Notes: generated by a model from the letters alone, not told the origin. Numbered from the stretch's first letter, positions 1 through 9,221 are shown. The stretch: 31,943 nucleotides of DNA from Candidatus Rokuibacteriota bacterium (GCA_016206385.1 JACQRS010000108.1:1-31943), one strand, 5' to 3'. Numbers and translations are program-made.

Positions 1-114
1 GCTGATGAGACAGTGAAGCGCGAAGTGCTGGAGCGAAGTCTGGAGGAATTGAAGCACCACGTGGCTACGCTCCAGGCCCGGATAGAGGAGTTGGAACAAC
101 GAATTCGGGCGTGA
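1..114 (+). CDS. 3' end of a hypothetical protein (coiled-coil-like), truncated by the window edge
   Basis: Frame 1 is open from base 1 to TGA at 112-114: ADETVKREVLERSLEELKHHVATLQARIEELEQRIRA, with a heptad-like Leu/Glu pattern. Family not recognised. Confidence 0.45.
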   Translation, partial: ADETVKREVLERSLEELKHHVATLQARIEELEQRIRA

Positions 115-331
115 TGCCCCCTCGACACGACTGCGCGAATCCTGCAATGTATTTGTCGCTCGTGTAGGTATCGCGTCGCTGCTGTGATTCACTGGCGGGC
201 CAAGGTTCCATTCAAGTTAGTTGGGATCTTGGTGCCGCCAGCATTTGAGCCGCACAACAATTCGCCCGCTCCTGCATGACGCATTGCGCCATGTAAGTGA
301 GAGGGCGGAAGCCTGTCCGGGACTTGAAACT

Positions 332-497
332 GTACGCGTGTACGAAAGTACGAATGTACCCGGGTGACCTTTCCGACGAAAGCCGCACCCTCCCCTCAGG
401 TTGGACTGTGGCCAATCCGAAATCCGAAGTTCGAAATCAGGATTCATTTCGCATTCCACATTCCGATTTGTAACCGTACACTCGTACGCTCTCGTAG
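332..497. repeat. Periodic inverted-repeat element, 8-nt GTACGnnn type (copy 1)
   Basis: Left arm gtacgcgt-gtacgaaa-gtacgaat-gtac at 332-359. Imperfect inverted arm gtacactcgtacgctctcgtag at 476-497. Confidence 0.75.
414..466. repeat. 7-nt periodic repeats nested in the GTACG element
   Basis: aatccga-aatccga-agttcga-aatc at 414-438 and atttcgc-attccac-attccga at 446-466. Confidence 0.65.
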
Positions 498-510
498 GTA
501 AGTCCGCGCG

Positions 511-927
511 ATGAGACAACTGCACCATGTGAACAGGGAGGAGCGGCAGCGAATCGAGCAGTGCCTGGCCGCGGAGCTGGCCAGTGACTGCAGCGTGGTC
601 TTTGCGTACCTCTACGGTTCCTTTGTGGAGTCCCAGCCCTTTCACGATATCGATGTGGGGATATATCTCCAGACCGTCCGAGCCGAAAGGTTCAGCGCCA
701 CAGCTCTGGACTTGGCCCAGCGCCTGAGCGACAGGGCGCGAAAACCAGTGGATGTTCGCATCCTGAATGTGGCCCCGGTGTCGTTCGTGTACCATGTCCT
801 GCGGGGACAGCTCGTTTTTTGCCGCGACGATGCGGTCCTCGCCGAGATTATGGAGCGCACCGTGTCCCGTTACCTTGACATCGCCCCGCTGGTGCGGCGG
901 GGGACCCAGGAAGCCTTCGCAGCATGA
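511..927 (+). CDS. Minimal nucleotidyltransferase (MntA-like antitoxin of a HepT/MntA pair)
   Basis: 138 aa with YLYGSF...HDIDVG (GS...DxD) motif and VDVRILN. Its stop overlaps the next ATG (ATGA). Confidence 0.88.
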   Translation: MRQLHHVNREERQRIEQCLAAELASDCSVVFAYLYGSFVESQPFHDIDVGIYLQTVRAERFSATALDLAQRLSDRARKPVDVRILNVAPVSFVYHVLRGQLVFCRDDAVLAEIMERTVSRYLDIAPLVRRGTQEAFAA

Positions 928-1016
928 AGCTCGACTACGGCCAGGTCTTCGACGTACTTCAGCACAATCTGGGCGACCTGCGGGCATTTGCCGCGGCGGT
1001 GCTGCGGCTGCTCTGA
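924..1016 (+). pseudogene. Internally deleted HepT/DUF86 (HEPN) toxin remnant, 30 aa
   Basis: MKLDYGQVFDVLQHNLGDLRAFAAAVLRLL is coupled to the MntA stop. It resembles the C-terminal helix of DUF86 proteins, which follows the RNxLVH motif. The catalytic R-x4-H motif is absent. Confidence 0.7.
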
Positions 1017-1107
1017 TCTGAACCTGACGGGTTGGCGTTTCGTGCCGTTTGCCTCGGGCGGCGTAGGTGAGGCTCAGGCTCGAACGCTGCAACTCAAAGC
1101 GAAAGCC

Positions 1108-1254
1108 GTACGAGAGTACGAATGTACGAGCGTACGGGATCCACTCGGATCCGCCCCTTGGACCTTGCCACCTCGACTTCGGTTCAATGCCAGAAGCTGG
1201 GCCGGAGGCCGATTCCGCATTTGGTCCATTCGCACCCTCGTACATTCGTACGCT
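1108..1254. repeat. Periodic inverted-repeat element, 8-nt GTACGnnn type (copy 2)
   Basis: gtacgaga-gtacgaat-gtacgagc-gtacggga at 1108-1139. Inverted arm ctcgtacattcgtacgct at 1237-1254 includes a 15-nt exact reverse complement (gtacgaatgtacgag). Internal gattccgcattt at 1211-1222. Confidence 0.8.
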
Positions 1255-1284
1255 TCTGACCTTCTTGCGGGAGGAATCCGGACG

Positions 1285-2118
1285 ATGAGCGCTCAGAGGA
1301 AGCGCAGCCGGCCACAGGGGACGGGTGATGAAGTCATCCCGGTGGTGATCCTGTGCGGGGGGAAGGGGACCCGGCTCAAGGAACAGACGGACATGATCCC
1401 GAAGCCGCTGATCGAAATCGGCGGCAAGCCGATCCTCTGGCACATCATGAAGCTCTACTCGCACCACGGCTTCAACCACTTCATCCTCTGCCTGGGCTAT
1501 CTGAGCGAGAAGATCAAGGAATTCTTCATGCAGTACAACGACTGGCGGCGCAGCGACCTGCGCGTCGAGCTGGGTGGGCCGGGGGACGTCCAGGTGGAAC
1601 GGCTGTCCCGTAACACCGAGCATTGGAGCATCGTGTTCGCCGAGACCGGGGAGGAGACCAACACCGGGGGACGGATCAAGCGCATCCAGCGGTACATCCG
1701 TGGTGACGAGTTCCTCGCCACCTACGGAGACGGGGTGGCCGACATCGACTTGGGCCGCCTCTTGATGTATCACCGGGAGAAGGGGAAGGTCGGGACGGTC
1801 AGCGTCCTGCACCCGGTGTCCGGGTACGGCATCCTCGACTTCGAGCCGGACCACACCATCGTCCAGTTCCAGGAGAAGCCGCGCCTGGACATCTGGATCA
1901 ACGGGGGCTTCTTCGTGTTTCACCGCCGCATCTTCGAGTACCTGACCGACGACTGCATCCTGGAGAAGGAACCCTTCGAGCGCCTGGCAAAAGAGCGGCA
2001 GCTCGCCGCGTACCCGCATCCGGGCTTCTGGGCGTCCATGGACACGTACAAGGACTTTCAGGAACTCAATCGCCTGTGGGTGCCGGGGAATGCCCCCTGG
2101 AAGGTGTGGCATGACTGA
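1285..2118 (+). CDS. rfbF: Glucose-1-phosphate cytidylyltransferase
   Basis: ILCGGKGTRL, PKPLIEIGGKPILWHIMKLY, NTGGRIKR, TYGDG, WASMDT. GGAGG RBS precedes ATG 1285; the track start at 988 runs too far upstream. Confidence 0.92.
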   Translation: MSAQRKRSRPQGTGDEVIPVVILCGGKGTRLKEQTDMIPKPLIEIGGKPILWHIMKLYSHHGFNHFILCLGYLSEKIKEFFMQYNDWRRSDLRVELGGPGDVQVERLSRNTEHWSIVFAETGEETNTGGRIKRIQRYIRGDEFLATYGDGVADIDLGRLLMYHREKGKVGTVSVLHPVSGYGILDFEPDHTIVQFQEKPRLDIWINGGFFVFHRRIFEYLTDDCILEKEPFERLAKERQLAAYPHPGFWASMDTYKDFQELNRLWVPGNAPWKVWHD

Positions 2119-3133
2119 GCCCCAGGCGTCCGAGAAGCGACACGCCTTCTGGCGGGACCGCCGGGTCCTGGTGACCGGCGCCACAGGATTCGTGGGCGCG
2201 TGGCTGACGGCCGCGCTGGTGAACGCGGGCGCGGAGGTGGTCGCGCTGGTGCGCGACCGGCCGCCCCGGACCCTCTTTGACCTCCTGGAACTCCCTGGGC
2301 GGGTGACCATGGTCTGGGGGGCGGTCGAGGATCCCGCCGTGGTGGAGCGGGCCCTGAACGAGTACGAGGTCGAGGCCTGCTTCCACCTGGCGGCCCAGGC
2401 CATCGTGGGGGCCGCCGCCCGGTCCCCCCTTTCGACCTTCGAGACGAACGTGCGGGGCACCTGGACCGTACTGGAGGCCTGCCGCCGCGTCCCGGGGGTG
2501 GCCCGCGTGGTGGTGGCGTCGAGCGACAAGGCTTACGGCGAGCAGCCGTCGCTGCCGTACGTCGAGGAGACGCCCCTGGAGGGGCGGTTCGCCTACGACG
2601 CGTCCAAGGCGTGCGCCGACGTGATCGCGCGCAGCTATGCCGCCACCTACGATCTGCCGGTGACCGTCTCCCGGTGCGCCAACATCTACGGGGGCGGGGA
2701 CCTGAACTTCTCGCGGCTGGTGCCCGGAACGATCCGGTCGGCCCTGCGGGCCGAGCCGCCCCTGATCCGCAGCGACGGCACGCCGGTCCGCGACTATATG
2801 CACGTGGAGGACGCGGTGGAGGCGTACCTGCTGCTGGGCGAGCGGGTGGATGCCGCGGGGGTGCGCGGGGAAGCCTTCAACTTCGGGACGGCCGAGCCGG
2901 TGCCGGTCCTCGCCTTCGTGCGGGAGATCCTCGAGGCGGCCGGCGCGGCGCGCCTGGAGCCCCGGGTGATGGGGACGGCCACCTGCGAGCTGTCCCGCCA
3001 GTACCTGTCCTCCGCCAAGGCAGAGGCCCGCCTGGGCTGGCGGCCCCGGGTGGCCCGGCGCGAGGGGATCCGCCGCGCGGTGAGCTGGTATCGCGACTTC
3101 CTGGCCGCGGCCGGCGGGAATAGGGTGAGTTAG
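2111..3133 (+). CDS. rfbG: NDP-hexose 4,6-dehydratase, CDP-glucose 4,6-dehydratase-like (extended SDR)
   Basis: FWRDRRVLVTGATGFVG, SSDKAYG, YDASK (YxxxK). Overlaps rfbF; start taken at ATG 2111. Confidence 0.78.
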   Translation: MTEPQASEKRHAFWRDRRVLVTGATGFVGAWLTAALVNAGAEVVALVRDRPPRTLFDLLELPGRVTMVWGAVEDPAVVERALNEYEVEACFHLAAQAIVGAAARSPLSTFETNVRGTWTVLEACRRVPGVARVVVASSDKAYGEQPSLPYVEETPLEGRFAYDASKACADVIARSYAATYDLPVTVSRCANIYGGGDLNFSRLVPGTIRSALRAEPPLIRSDGTPVRDYMHVEDAVEAYLLLGERVDAAGVRGEAFNFGTAEPVPVLAFVREILEAAGAARLEPRVMGTATCELSRQYLSSAKAEARLGWRPRVARREGIRRAVSWYRDFLAAAGGNRVS

Positions 3134-3141
3134 GGGCTGCC

Positions 3142-3819
3142 ATGAAGCTGACGGTGATCATGCCGGTGTACAACGAGCGGGCCACCTTCGGCGAGATCTT
3201 CCGCCACGTGCAGGCCGTGGAGATCGAGAAGGAGATCATCATCGTTGACAACTGCTCGACCGATGGCACCCGCGACCTCCTCCGGGCGATCAGCCAGCCG
3301 AACGTCGAGGTGATCCTCCAGCCCCAGAACTACGGAAAGGGGACGTCGGTCCGCACCGGGATCGCCAAGGCGCGCGGGGAGTCCATCATCATCCAGGACG
3401 CCGACCTGGAATACGACCCCCAGGACTACCACCGCCTGCTCCGGGAGCAGGAGCGGACGGGAGCCGTGGCCGTCTTCGGCCGCCGGGTCCCGATGGATGG
3501 GCTTCGCCAGCCGCTGGCCTTCCGCGTGGGGGGCCGGGCCCTGGCCCTGGTGTTCTCCGTGCTCTACGGGCAATGGCTCACCGACATCGCCACCTGCTAC
3601 AAGCTGATCCGGGCCGATGTCCTCCAGGCGCTTCCCCTGGAGTCCTCCGGGTTCGACCTGGACTTCGAGATCCCCGCCAGGCTGGCGCTGGCCGGACACC
3701 GCATCTGCGAGGTCCCCATCAGCTACCGGCCCCGTCCGGTGAAGGCCGGCAAGAAGATCCGCGGGAGGGATGGCGTGGTCTCCCTGATGGGGCTCTCCCG
3801 TTGGCGTTTCCGCAGGTAG
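3142..3819 (+). CDS. GT2, polyprenol-phosphate glycosyltransferase (DPM1-like)
   Basis: VIMPVYNE, DNCSTDGT, NYGKG, QDADLEYDP, TDIATCYK, EVPISYRPR..GKKI. Confidence 0.88.
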   Translation: MKLTVIMPVYNERATFGEIFRHVQAVEIEKEIIIVDNCSTDGTRDLLRAISQPNVEVILQPQNYGKGTSVRTGIAKARGESIIIQDADLEYDPQDYHRLLREQERTGAVAVFGRRVPMDGLRQPLAFRVGGRALALVFSVLYGQWLTDIATCYKLIRADVLQALPLESSGFDLDFEIPARLALAGHRICEVPISYRPRPVKAGKKIRGRDGVVSLMGLSRWRFRR

Positions 3820-3835
3820 TGAGCGAAGCGGACCC

Positions 3836-5554
3836 ATGATCACCCGGCACGATCCGGGGAATGTGGCCACGCTGGCCGCGCTCCCGCAGTCCTCGAAGGC
3901 CGAGGTGGAGGCATGCGAGCGGGCACCCCGCTGGGCCGTGGGTTTGGTCCTGGTGGTGGCGGCGCTGGTCCGTGTGATCGGGCTCAGCGTGGGCCTCTCG
4001 GGGGCGGCCGTTGGCGATGAGCCTTCGGTGGTGCAGCACGCGCTGGCCTTCGGAAGCGGCGACCTGAATCCCCACTACTACGTGTACCCGGCGTTTCACA
4101 TGTACGTGCTCTTCGCCCTCTTCGCCGGGTACTACGCCGTGGGTCGCCTGGCCGGCCTGTTCGACTCGGCCGCGGCGTTCGCCCGCGCCTTCCTGGTGGA
4201 CGCGGCCCCGTTTTATCTGCTGGCCCGCGTGGCCAGCGTCGCCGCGGGAGTGGCGGCGGTCTGGGTCCTGTACCGGTTCGCGCGCCAGCTTCTCGGGGAG
4301 CGCGGGGCCCTGCTGGCCGCGGCCCTCCTGGCCGTGAACCCGTTCCTCGTCTGGGATTCCCATTTCGCCATCGCGGACGCGCCGATGGTCCTGTTCCTCA
4401 GCCTGGGGGCGTGGGCCATTGACCGCGTGTATCGGTGGGGGCGGAGCCGGGACTACTTCTGGGCCGGGGTGGTCATCGGCCTCGGCGCGGCCACCAAGTA
4501 CCTGCCCATCCTGATGGTGGTGCCGCTCGTCGCGGCCCACCTGTGGCGGGGGGCGAGGGGGGGTCGGTGGTGGGAGGCGCTCGGGGATCGCCGGCTGTGG
4601 CTTGCCGGCGGCATGGTCGCCGTCGCCTTCTTCGTCGGGTCCCCGTTCACCGTCCTGGATGCCGGAAAGGCCATCGCCCAGATCCAGACGAATGTCCTCA
4701 AGTCCGTCAGCGGTCCCTCGCAGAACCGGATCATCCTCCTGAAGCTTCTCACGGACTACGGGGTGCCATTTCTCGTCCTGGTGGGGGCGGGGACCTGGCT
4801 GGCCGCTCGCCGCGGCGGCGCGCGAGAGCGGCTGCTCCTGCTTTTTCCGGCCGTGTACCTCACGCTGGCGTTGGTCAGAGGGTACTGGGCGACGCGATAC
4901 TTCAGTCCTTTCATGCCCTTCGCCTGCCTGCTGGCGGCGCTGGCACTGGTCGAGGCTGGGCGCCGCTGGCCCCGCCTGGCGGGGGGGCGATTCCTCGCCC
5001 TGGCGACGGCGGCCGTGCTGGCGGTGCCAACCTGGGCGGTGGCCCGGGATGTCCGCCTCCTCACTCGGGGCACGACGCGGGAGCAGGCGACCGCCTGGGT
5101 CGAGGCCAATGTCACGGCGGGATCCGCCCTGGCCACCGATCCCTTCTTCCGGTTTGCCCCGACCCCAGAGACGCTCCAGGCCAAGCTTGATCTCCTGGAA
5201 CATCGGCCGGGCCCCAAGGCCCGGTTGGTCGCCCAGGCCCTGCGCCTCCAGCAAGGGGCCCGCTTCACCCGCCCCCGGTACCGTCTCATCTTCTCGCGCA
5301 ACTACCCGGACTCTTCCGCGTTCGGGATCGCCGGCCGCCAGGACTACTACAGCGTGCCGGACTACCTCGAGCGGGGAGCGGAGTACTTCGTCATCGGCCT
5401 GCCACGGTACGGGGAATTCGAGGCGGATACGTACCGGGCCTTCTACGGCGACCTGGGCCGATGCTGCGACGTGGTCCACGAGATCCCGCCCACCGGGGAT
5501 CCGCGCCTGGGGACGGCCGTCCGGATCTATCGGGTGCGGCGGCAGGGGGGATGA
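3836..5554 (+). CDS. GT-C fold membrane glycosyltransferase (ArnT/PMT-like, GT39/GT83)
   Basis: Many TM segments, a GDEP acidic motif in the first outer loop, GAATKY motif and a soluble C-terminal domain. Confidence 0.8.
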   Translation: MITRHDPGNVATLAALPQSSKAEVEACERAPRWAVGLVLVVAALVRVIGLSVGLSGAAVGDEPSVVQHALAFGSGDLNPHYYVYPAFHMYVLFALFAGYYAVGRLAGLFDSAAAFARAFLVDAAPFYLLARVASVAAGVAAVWVLYRFARQLLGERGALLAAALLAVNPFLVWDSHFAIADAPMVLFLSLGAWAIDRVYRWGRSRDYFWAGVVIGLGAATKYLPILMVVPLVAAHLWRGARGGRWWEALGDRRLWLAGGMVAVAFFVGSPFTVLDAGKAIAQIQTNVLKSVSGPSQNRIILLKLLTDYGVPFLVLVGAGTWLAARRGGARERLLLLFPAVYLTLALVRGYWATRYFSPFMPFACLLAALALVEAGRRWPRLAGGRFLALATAAVLAVPTWAVARDVRLLTRGTTREQATAWVEANVTAGSALATDPFFRFAPTPETLQAKLDLLEHRPGPKARLVAQALRLQQGARFTRPRYRLIFSRNYPDSSAFGIAGRQDYYSVPDYLERGAEYFVIGLPRYGEFEADTYRAFYGDLGRCCDVVHEIPPTGDPRLGTAVRIYRVRRQGG

Positions 5555-5555
5555 T

Positions 5556-6986
5556 GTGACCCGGGTGACCCTCGCCCTCCAGGAGGCAGCCTGGCCGGCG
5601 GCGCCCGCCGTCGAGCGGATCGGCCTCTTTCTGTTTGTGATCCTCCTGCCCGTCATGGTGGTGAGCGGGCTGCCTCTCCTGGGCCGGAAGCTCCAGCCGG
5701 CCGACCTCGCGTTCCTGGTCGCCGCCGTGGCGGTGGGTCTCCGGTTGGTCCGGGAGCGGGTGTGGCCGCAGACGAACGGGCTCGGCCTGGCCTTTGCGGC
5801 CTTCCTGGTCGTCGAGGTGGGAGCGACCGCCCTCTCTTCCGACCCGGCCCGCAGCGCAATGGTTCTCGCCGGCTCGATCTACCTGGTCCTCGTGGCCGTC
5901 CTGGTGATCACGGCCGTCCGGAGCACGGAGGTCCTTCGCCGGCTGCTGGACGTGTGGCTGGCCACGACGGCGGCGGTGGCGGCGCTGGGCCTGGCGGGAG
6001 TGGCGCTCGGATATGTCATGGGCATCAGGACACCGCTGGCCCGCCTGGCCGGGGACCATTGGGTGTTCGGCCGGACCTGGCAGCTCCTCAGCACGTTCCA
6101 GAGCCCCCCGATCCCGAACCTGGCCTACAGCTACCTCCAGGTGGGGGTGTTTCTCGGCCTGGGGATGCTGGCGGGGGAGGCGGCGCCCAGGCGCCGCCGG
6201 GCGATCGCCGCGGCCGTGGCGCTCGCCCTGCTCGCCATCGCCTTCACCCAGTCGCGGGGAGTGGCGCCCATGCTCCTGGGGCTGGCGGTCTTCCTCCGGT
6301 CCAGGCCAGGCCGGGGCGCCGCCCTCGCGCGGGGCTCTGCGCTGGCCATCGGCCTGGCGCTCTTCGTGGCAGTCCAGCTCATCACCTATCTCCAGGTGGA
6401 TGCCGCGAGTATTCGATGGGGCGACAGCGGAAAGCGCGTCGAGGAGCAGATCCGCCCCGACCGGCCCTGGTACATGTCCGGGCCGCTGGTCTTCATCCAG
6501 CCGGGGACGCCCTACCGCGAGGTGCAGCTCACGCTGCGCTACCTGCCGGAACACCGCGTCTTCCTCCGCGAGGCGGTCCTCGAGATGGTTCGCCAGCACC
6601 CGTTGCTGGGCGTGGGCCCGGGCCAGTTCGGCCAGGAGTTGGTAGCCCTCTGGCGGGCCGGCCGCCTGGACCCCGTGTACCGGCTGTTCTCGCCCCGCTA
6701 CCCACATTCCGTGTACCTCGGGTTCCTGGCGGAGCGGGGGGTGCTGGGGCTGGGGGCTGTCCTGCTCCTCTTGGTCCTGGCGGTCCGGGCGGCCGCCGCC
6801 GCCCGAAAGGCGGCTGACCCGTGGGTGGCGGGGCTGGGCTGGGGGGCGCTGGGGTGCGTCGTGGCGTTCGTGATCTACGGTGTGGACGCGGATATCTTGA
6901 ACTTCCGGTGGGTGTGGGTCCTGATCGGATTCACCGCTGTGCTGGGGCGACTCGCCAGGACGGTGCCACGGCAGGCGGCAACGTAG
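5556..6986 (+). CDS. O-antigen ligase/polymerase-like (Wzy_C/WaaL family) membrane protein
   Basis: About 12 TM segments, TQSRG motif, and PHSVYLGFLAERGVLG (H..L.E.G..G) after a large loop. GTG start at 5556 inferred. Confidence 0.78.
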   Translation: MTRVTLALQEAAWPAAPAVERIGLFLFVILLPVMVVSGLPLLGRKLQPADLAFLVAAVAVGLRLVRERVWPQTNGLGLAFAAFLVVEVGATALSSDPARSAMVLAGSIYLVLVAVLVITAVRSTEVLRRLLDVWLATTAAVAALGLAGVALGYVMGIRTPLARLAGDHWVFGRTWQLLSTFQSPPIPNLAYSYLQVGVFLGLGMLAGEAAPRRRRAIAAAVALALLAIAFTQSRGVAPMLLGLAVFLRSRPGRGAALARGSALAIGLALFVAVQLITYLQVDAASIRWGDSGKRVEEQIRPDRPWYMSGPLVFIQPGTPYREVQLTLRYLPEHRVFLREAVLEMVRQHPLLGVGPGQFGQELVALWRAGRLDPVYRLFSPRYPHSVYLGFLAERGVLGLGAVLLLLVLAVRAAAAARKAADPWVAGLGWGALGCVVAFVIYGVDADILNFRWVWVLIGFTAVLGRLARTVPRQAAT

Positions 6987-6999
6987 AGGATGTGCTCTG

Positions 7000-8004
7000 A
7001 TGGCGACCCTGGAACGACCCGAGTTGTCGGTGGTGATTCCGGCCCTCAATGAGGAGGGGAATATCACGAAGCTGTACGACCGCCTGGTAGAGACCTTGGA
7101 CCCGTTCGGACGGACCTACGAGATCCTCTTCGTGGACGACGGGTCAAGGGACGGGACGGCGGCGCTGGCGGAGGATCTCTGCCGGAAGGACCCTCGGGTG
7201 AAGCTGATCGTCCTCCGGCAGAACTTCGGCAAGGCCGCCGCCCTGTCGGAGGGGTTTACCGCAGCCCGGGGAGCACTGGTTGTCACCATGGATTGTGACC
7301 TCCAGGACGACCCGGCGGAGATCCCCAAGCTCGTCGCCAAGCTGGACGAGGGGTACGACCTGGTGTCGGGCTGGAAGTACCCTCGCCGGGACCCGTTGTC
7401 GAAGATCATCCCATCGAAGGTGATCAACTGGGTGGCGAGGTGGGTCACGGGGGTTCACCTGCACGATTTCAACTGCGGGCTGAAGGCATACCGGCTGAAC
7501 GTGGTTCAGGACCTGGCCCTGTACGGGGAGCTTCACCGGTACATCCCGGTGCTGGTGAGTGGCCGGGGGTACCGGGTGGGGGAGGTCAAGGTCTGTCATC
7601 ATCCCCGGCACTCCGGGCGGTCCAAGTACGGCGTTGAGCGATTCCTGCGGGGCTTCCTCGATCTGATCACCGTGACGTTCCTCACGCGATACAACAAACG
7701 CCCGATTCACTTGCTGGGGGGCATCGGCGCGCTCTTCTTCTTCCTCGGCTGTATCGCCAATGGGTATCTGAGCGTCTTGTGGCTCCTGGGGTATGGGATC
7801 GGGTACCGCCCGCTGCTGTTCCTGGGCATCCTGCTCATCATCGTGGGCGTCCAGCTCGGATGTTTCGGTCTGGTGGCCGAGATGCTCACGCAGCTCAGCC
7901 ACGGAAGGGAGAGGGACAGCCTGGTCCGGCGCACCGTCGGCCTCGACGGTCGGCAGGGTGAGCCTCGCGCGAGGACATCGCCCGATCTGGGGTCGCGATC
8001 GTGA
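7000..8004 (+). CDS. GT2, ArnC-like undecaprenyl-phosphate glycosyltransferase with C-terminal TM helices
   Basis: DDGSRDGT, RQNFGK, DCDLQDDP, DFNCGLKAYR, LYGELHRYIP, RHSGRSKYG, and two C-terminal TMs. Confidence 0.9.
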   Translation: MATLERPELSVVIPALNEEGNITKLYDRLVETLDPFGRTYEILFVDDGSRDGTAALAEDLCRKDPRVKLIVLRQNFGKAAALSEGFTAARGALVVTMDCDLQDDPAEIPKLVAKLDEGYDLVSGWKYPRRDPLSKIIPSKVINWVARWVTGVHLHDFNCGLKAYRLNVVQDLALYGELHRYIPVLVSGRGYRVGEVKVCHHPRHSGRSKYGVERFLRGFLDLITVTFLTRYNKRPIHLLGGIGALFFFLGCIANGYLSVLWLLGYGIGYRPLLFLGILLIIVGVQLGCFGLVAEMLTQLSHGRERDSLVRRTVGLDGRQGEPRARTSPDLGSRS

Positions 8005-9221
8005 AGGTCTGCTACTGGGGGACATACCAGCGCGGATATATCCGGAACCAGGTGATCCTCTCTGGGCTCACCAAGGCAGGCGTCGAGGTCTGGGAGTGTC
8101 ATGTGCCGGTTTGGCAGGATGAGGCCGAGGACAAGGTGGCGGCAATGGCAGGCCTCGCGGGACGCCTCCGCTTTCTGTTTCGTCTCCTCAACGCCTATCC
8201 TCGCCTGGCGTGGCGCTTCCTGAGGTGCCCGTCGCCAGATGCGATGTTTATCGGTCACCTGGGCCACCTGGACATGCTGGTCGCGTGGCCTCTTGCCCGC
8301 TGGCGGGGGATCCCCATCGTCTTCGACGCCCATCTGTCGCTCTTCGACATGGTAGTCCAGGATCGCGGGCTCCATAGTCCCCGCTCCTGGATCGGTAGAA
8401 TCTGTCGGACCATTGATTGGCTCTCCTGCCGTCTGGCCGATCGGATTCTGCTGGCGGAGCAGGCCACGATCGAGTTCTTCTGCCGGGAGTACGGGCTCTC
8501 CTGCGAACGATTCACCCGGGTGTTCGTGGGGGCCAATACCGATGTATTTGCCCCTGGGGACCACCCGACCCCGGATGGGACCTTCACTGTGGTTCACTTC
8601 GGGAAGTACATCCCACTCCATGGGATGGACGTGATCCTGCATGCGGCAAAACGGCTGGAAGCCATGCCGGATATCCGGTTTCGCCTGATAGGCCAGGGCC
8701 AGCTTTACGCCGACGCAAAGCGCCTGGCGGCTGAGCTGGACCTCAGGAACGTCGAGTTCGTGCCCTGGGTGACCCCCAGGGAGCTGCGAGAGCACATCCG
8801 GCTGGCCGACGTATGCCTGGGAATTTTCGGGAGGACCCAGAAGGCCGGCCGGGTCATTCCCAACAAGGTGTACGAGAGCTTGGCCATGGCGCGGCCACTC
8901 ATCACCGGGGACACGGAGGCGGCCCGGGAGCTTCTGGAACACGGCCGGACGGCCCTCCTATGCCCCATGGCGAATCCCGAGGCGCTGGCACAGGCCATCC
9001 TCGTGATGAAGCAGGATGCGACCTTGCGGATGCGGATCGGGGCTGCTGGCTACGAGCTTTTCCAGCGGCGATGCGCTCCCGAGGTGCTGGGTCTGGAAGT
9101 TCGTCGGTGTCTGGAACTTGCGATCGCCGCCCGGGACGGGCGGGGAGGAGCGTTGGGTGATCCAGGGAGTGGAGTTGATCGGGCTGAAAGCCCATGTGGA
9201 CGATCGAGGGTATCTGGTTGA
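8001..9221 (+). CDS. GT4 family glycosyltransferase
   Basis: GT-B features: HFGKYIPLHG, ADVCLGIF, PNKVYESLAMARP. GTG start overlaps the previous stop. Confidence 0.88.
   Translation: MKVCYWGTYQRGYIRNQVILSGLTKAGVEVWECHVPVWQDEAEDKVAAMAGLAGRLRFLFRLLNAYPRLAWRFLRCPSPDAMFIGHLGHLDMLVAWPLARWRGIPIVFDAHLSLFDMVVQDRGLHSPRSWIGRICRTIDWLSCRLADRILLAEQATIEFFCREYGLSCERFTRVFVGANTDVFAPGDHPTPDGTFTVVHFGKYIPLHGMDVILHAAKRLEAMPDIRFRLIGQGQLYADAKRLAAELDLRNVEFVPWVTPRELREHIRLADVCLGIFGRTQKAGRVIPNKVYESLAMARPLITGDTEAARELLEHGRTALLCPMANPEALAQAILVMKQDATLRMRIGAAGYELFQRRCAPEVLGLEVRRCLELAIAARDGRGGALGDPGSGVDRAESPCGRSRVSG

Noticed and set aside
114-167. ATG overlapping the first stop (TGATG) as a coupled downstream gene
   Set aside because: It gives only 17 codons (MPPRHDCANPAMYLSLV) with no recognisable similarity.
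1056-1072. ops/JUMPstart-like sequence upstream of rfbF (gggcggcgtaggtg)
   Set aside because: It does not match GGCGGTAG exactly, and GC-rich near-matches are expected by chance.
217-2529. 770-aa minus-strand ORF
   Set aside because: It is antisense to well-supported mntA, rfbF and rfbG genes, has no family motifs, and is a typical high-GC shadow ORF.
3719-7067. Long minus-strand ORFs 3719..5656 and 5391..7067, and similar ones elsewhere
   Set aside because: They mirror the GT-C and ligase genes, have low-complexity Arg/Pro/Gly-rich translations, and show no motifs.
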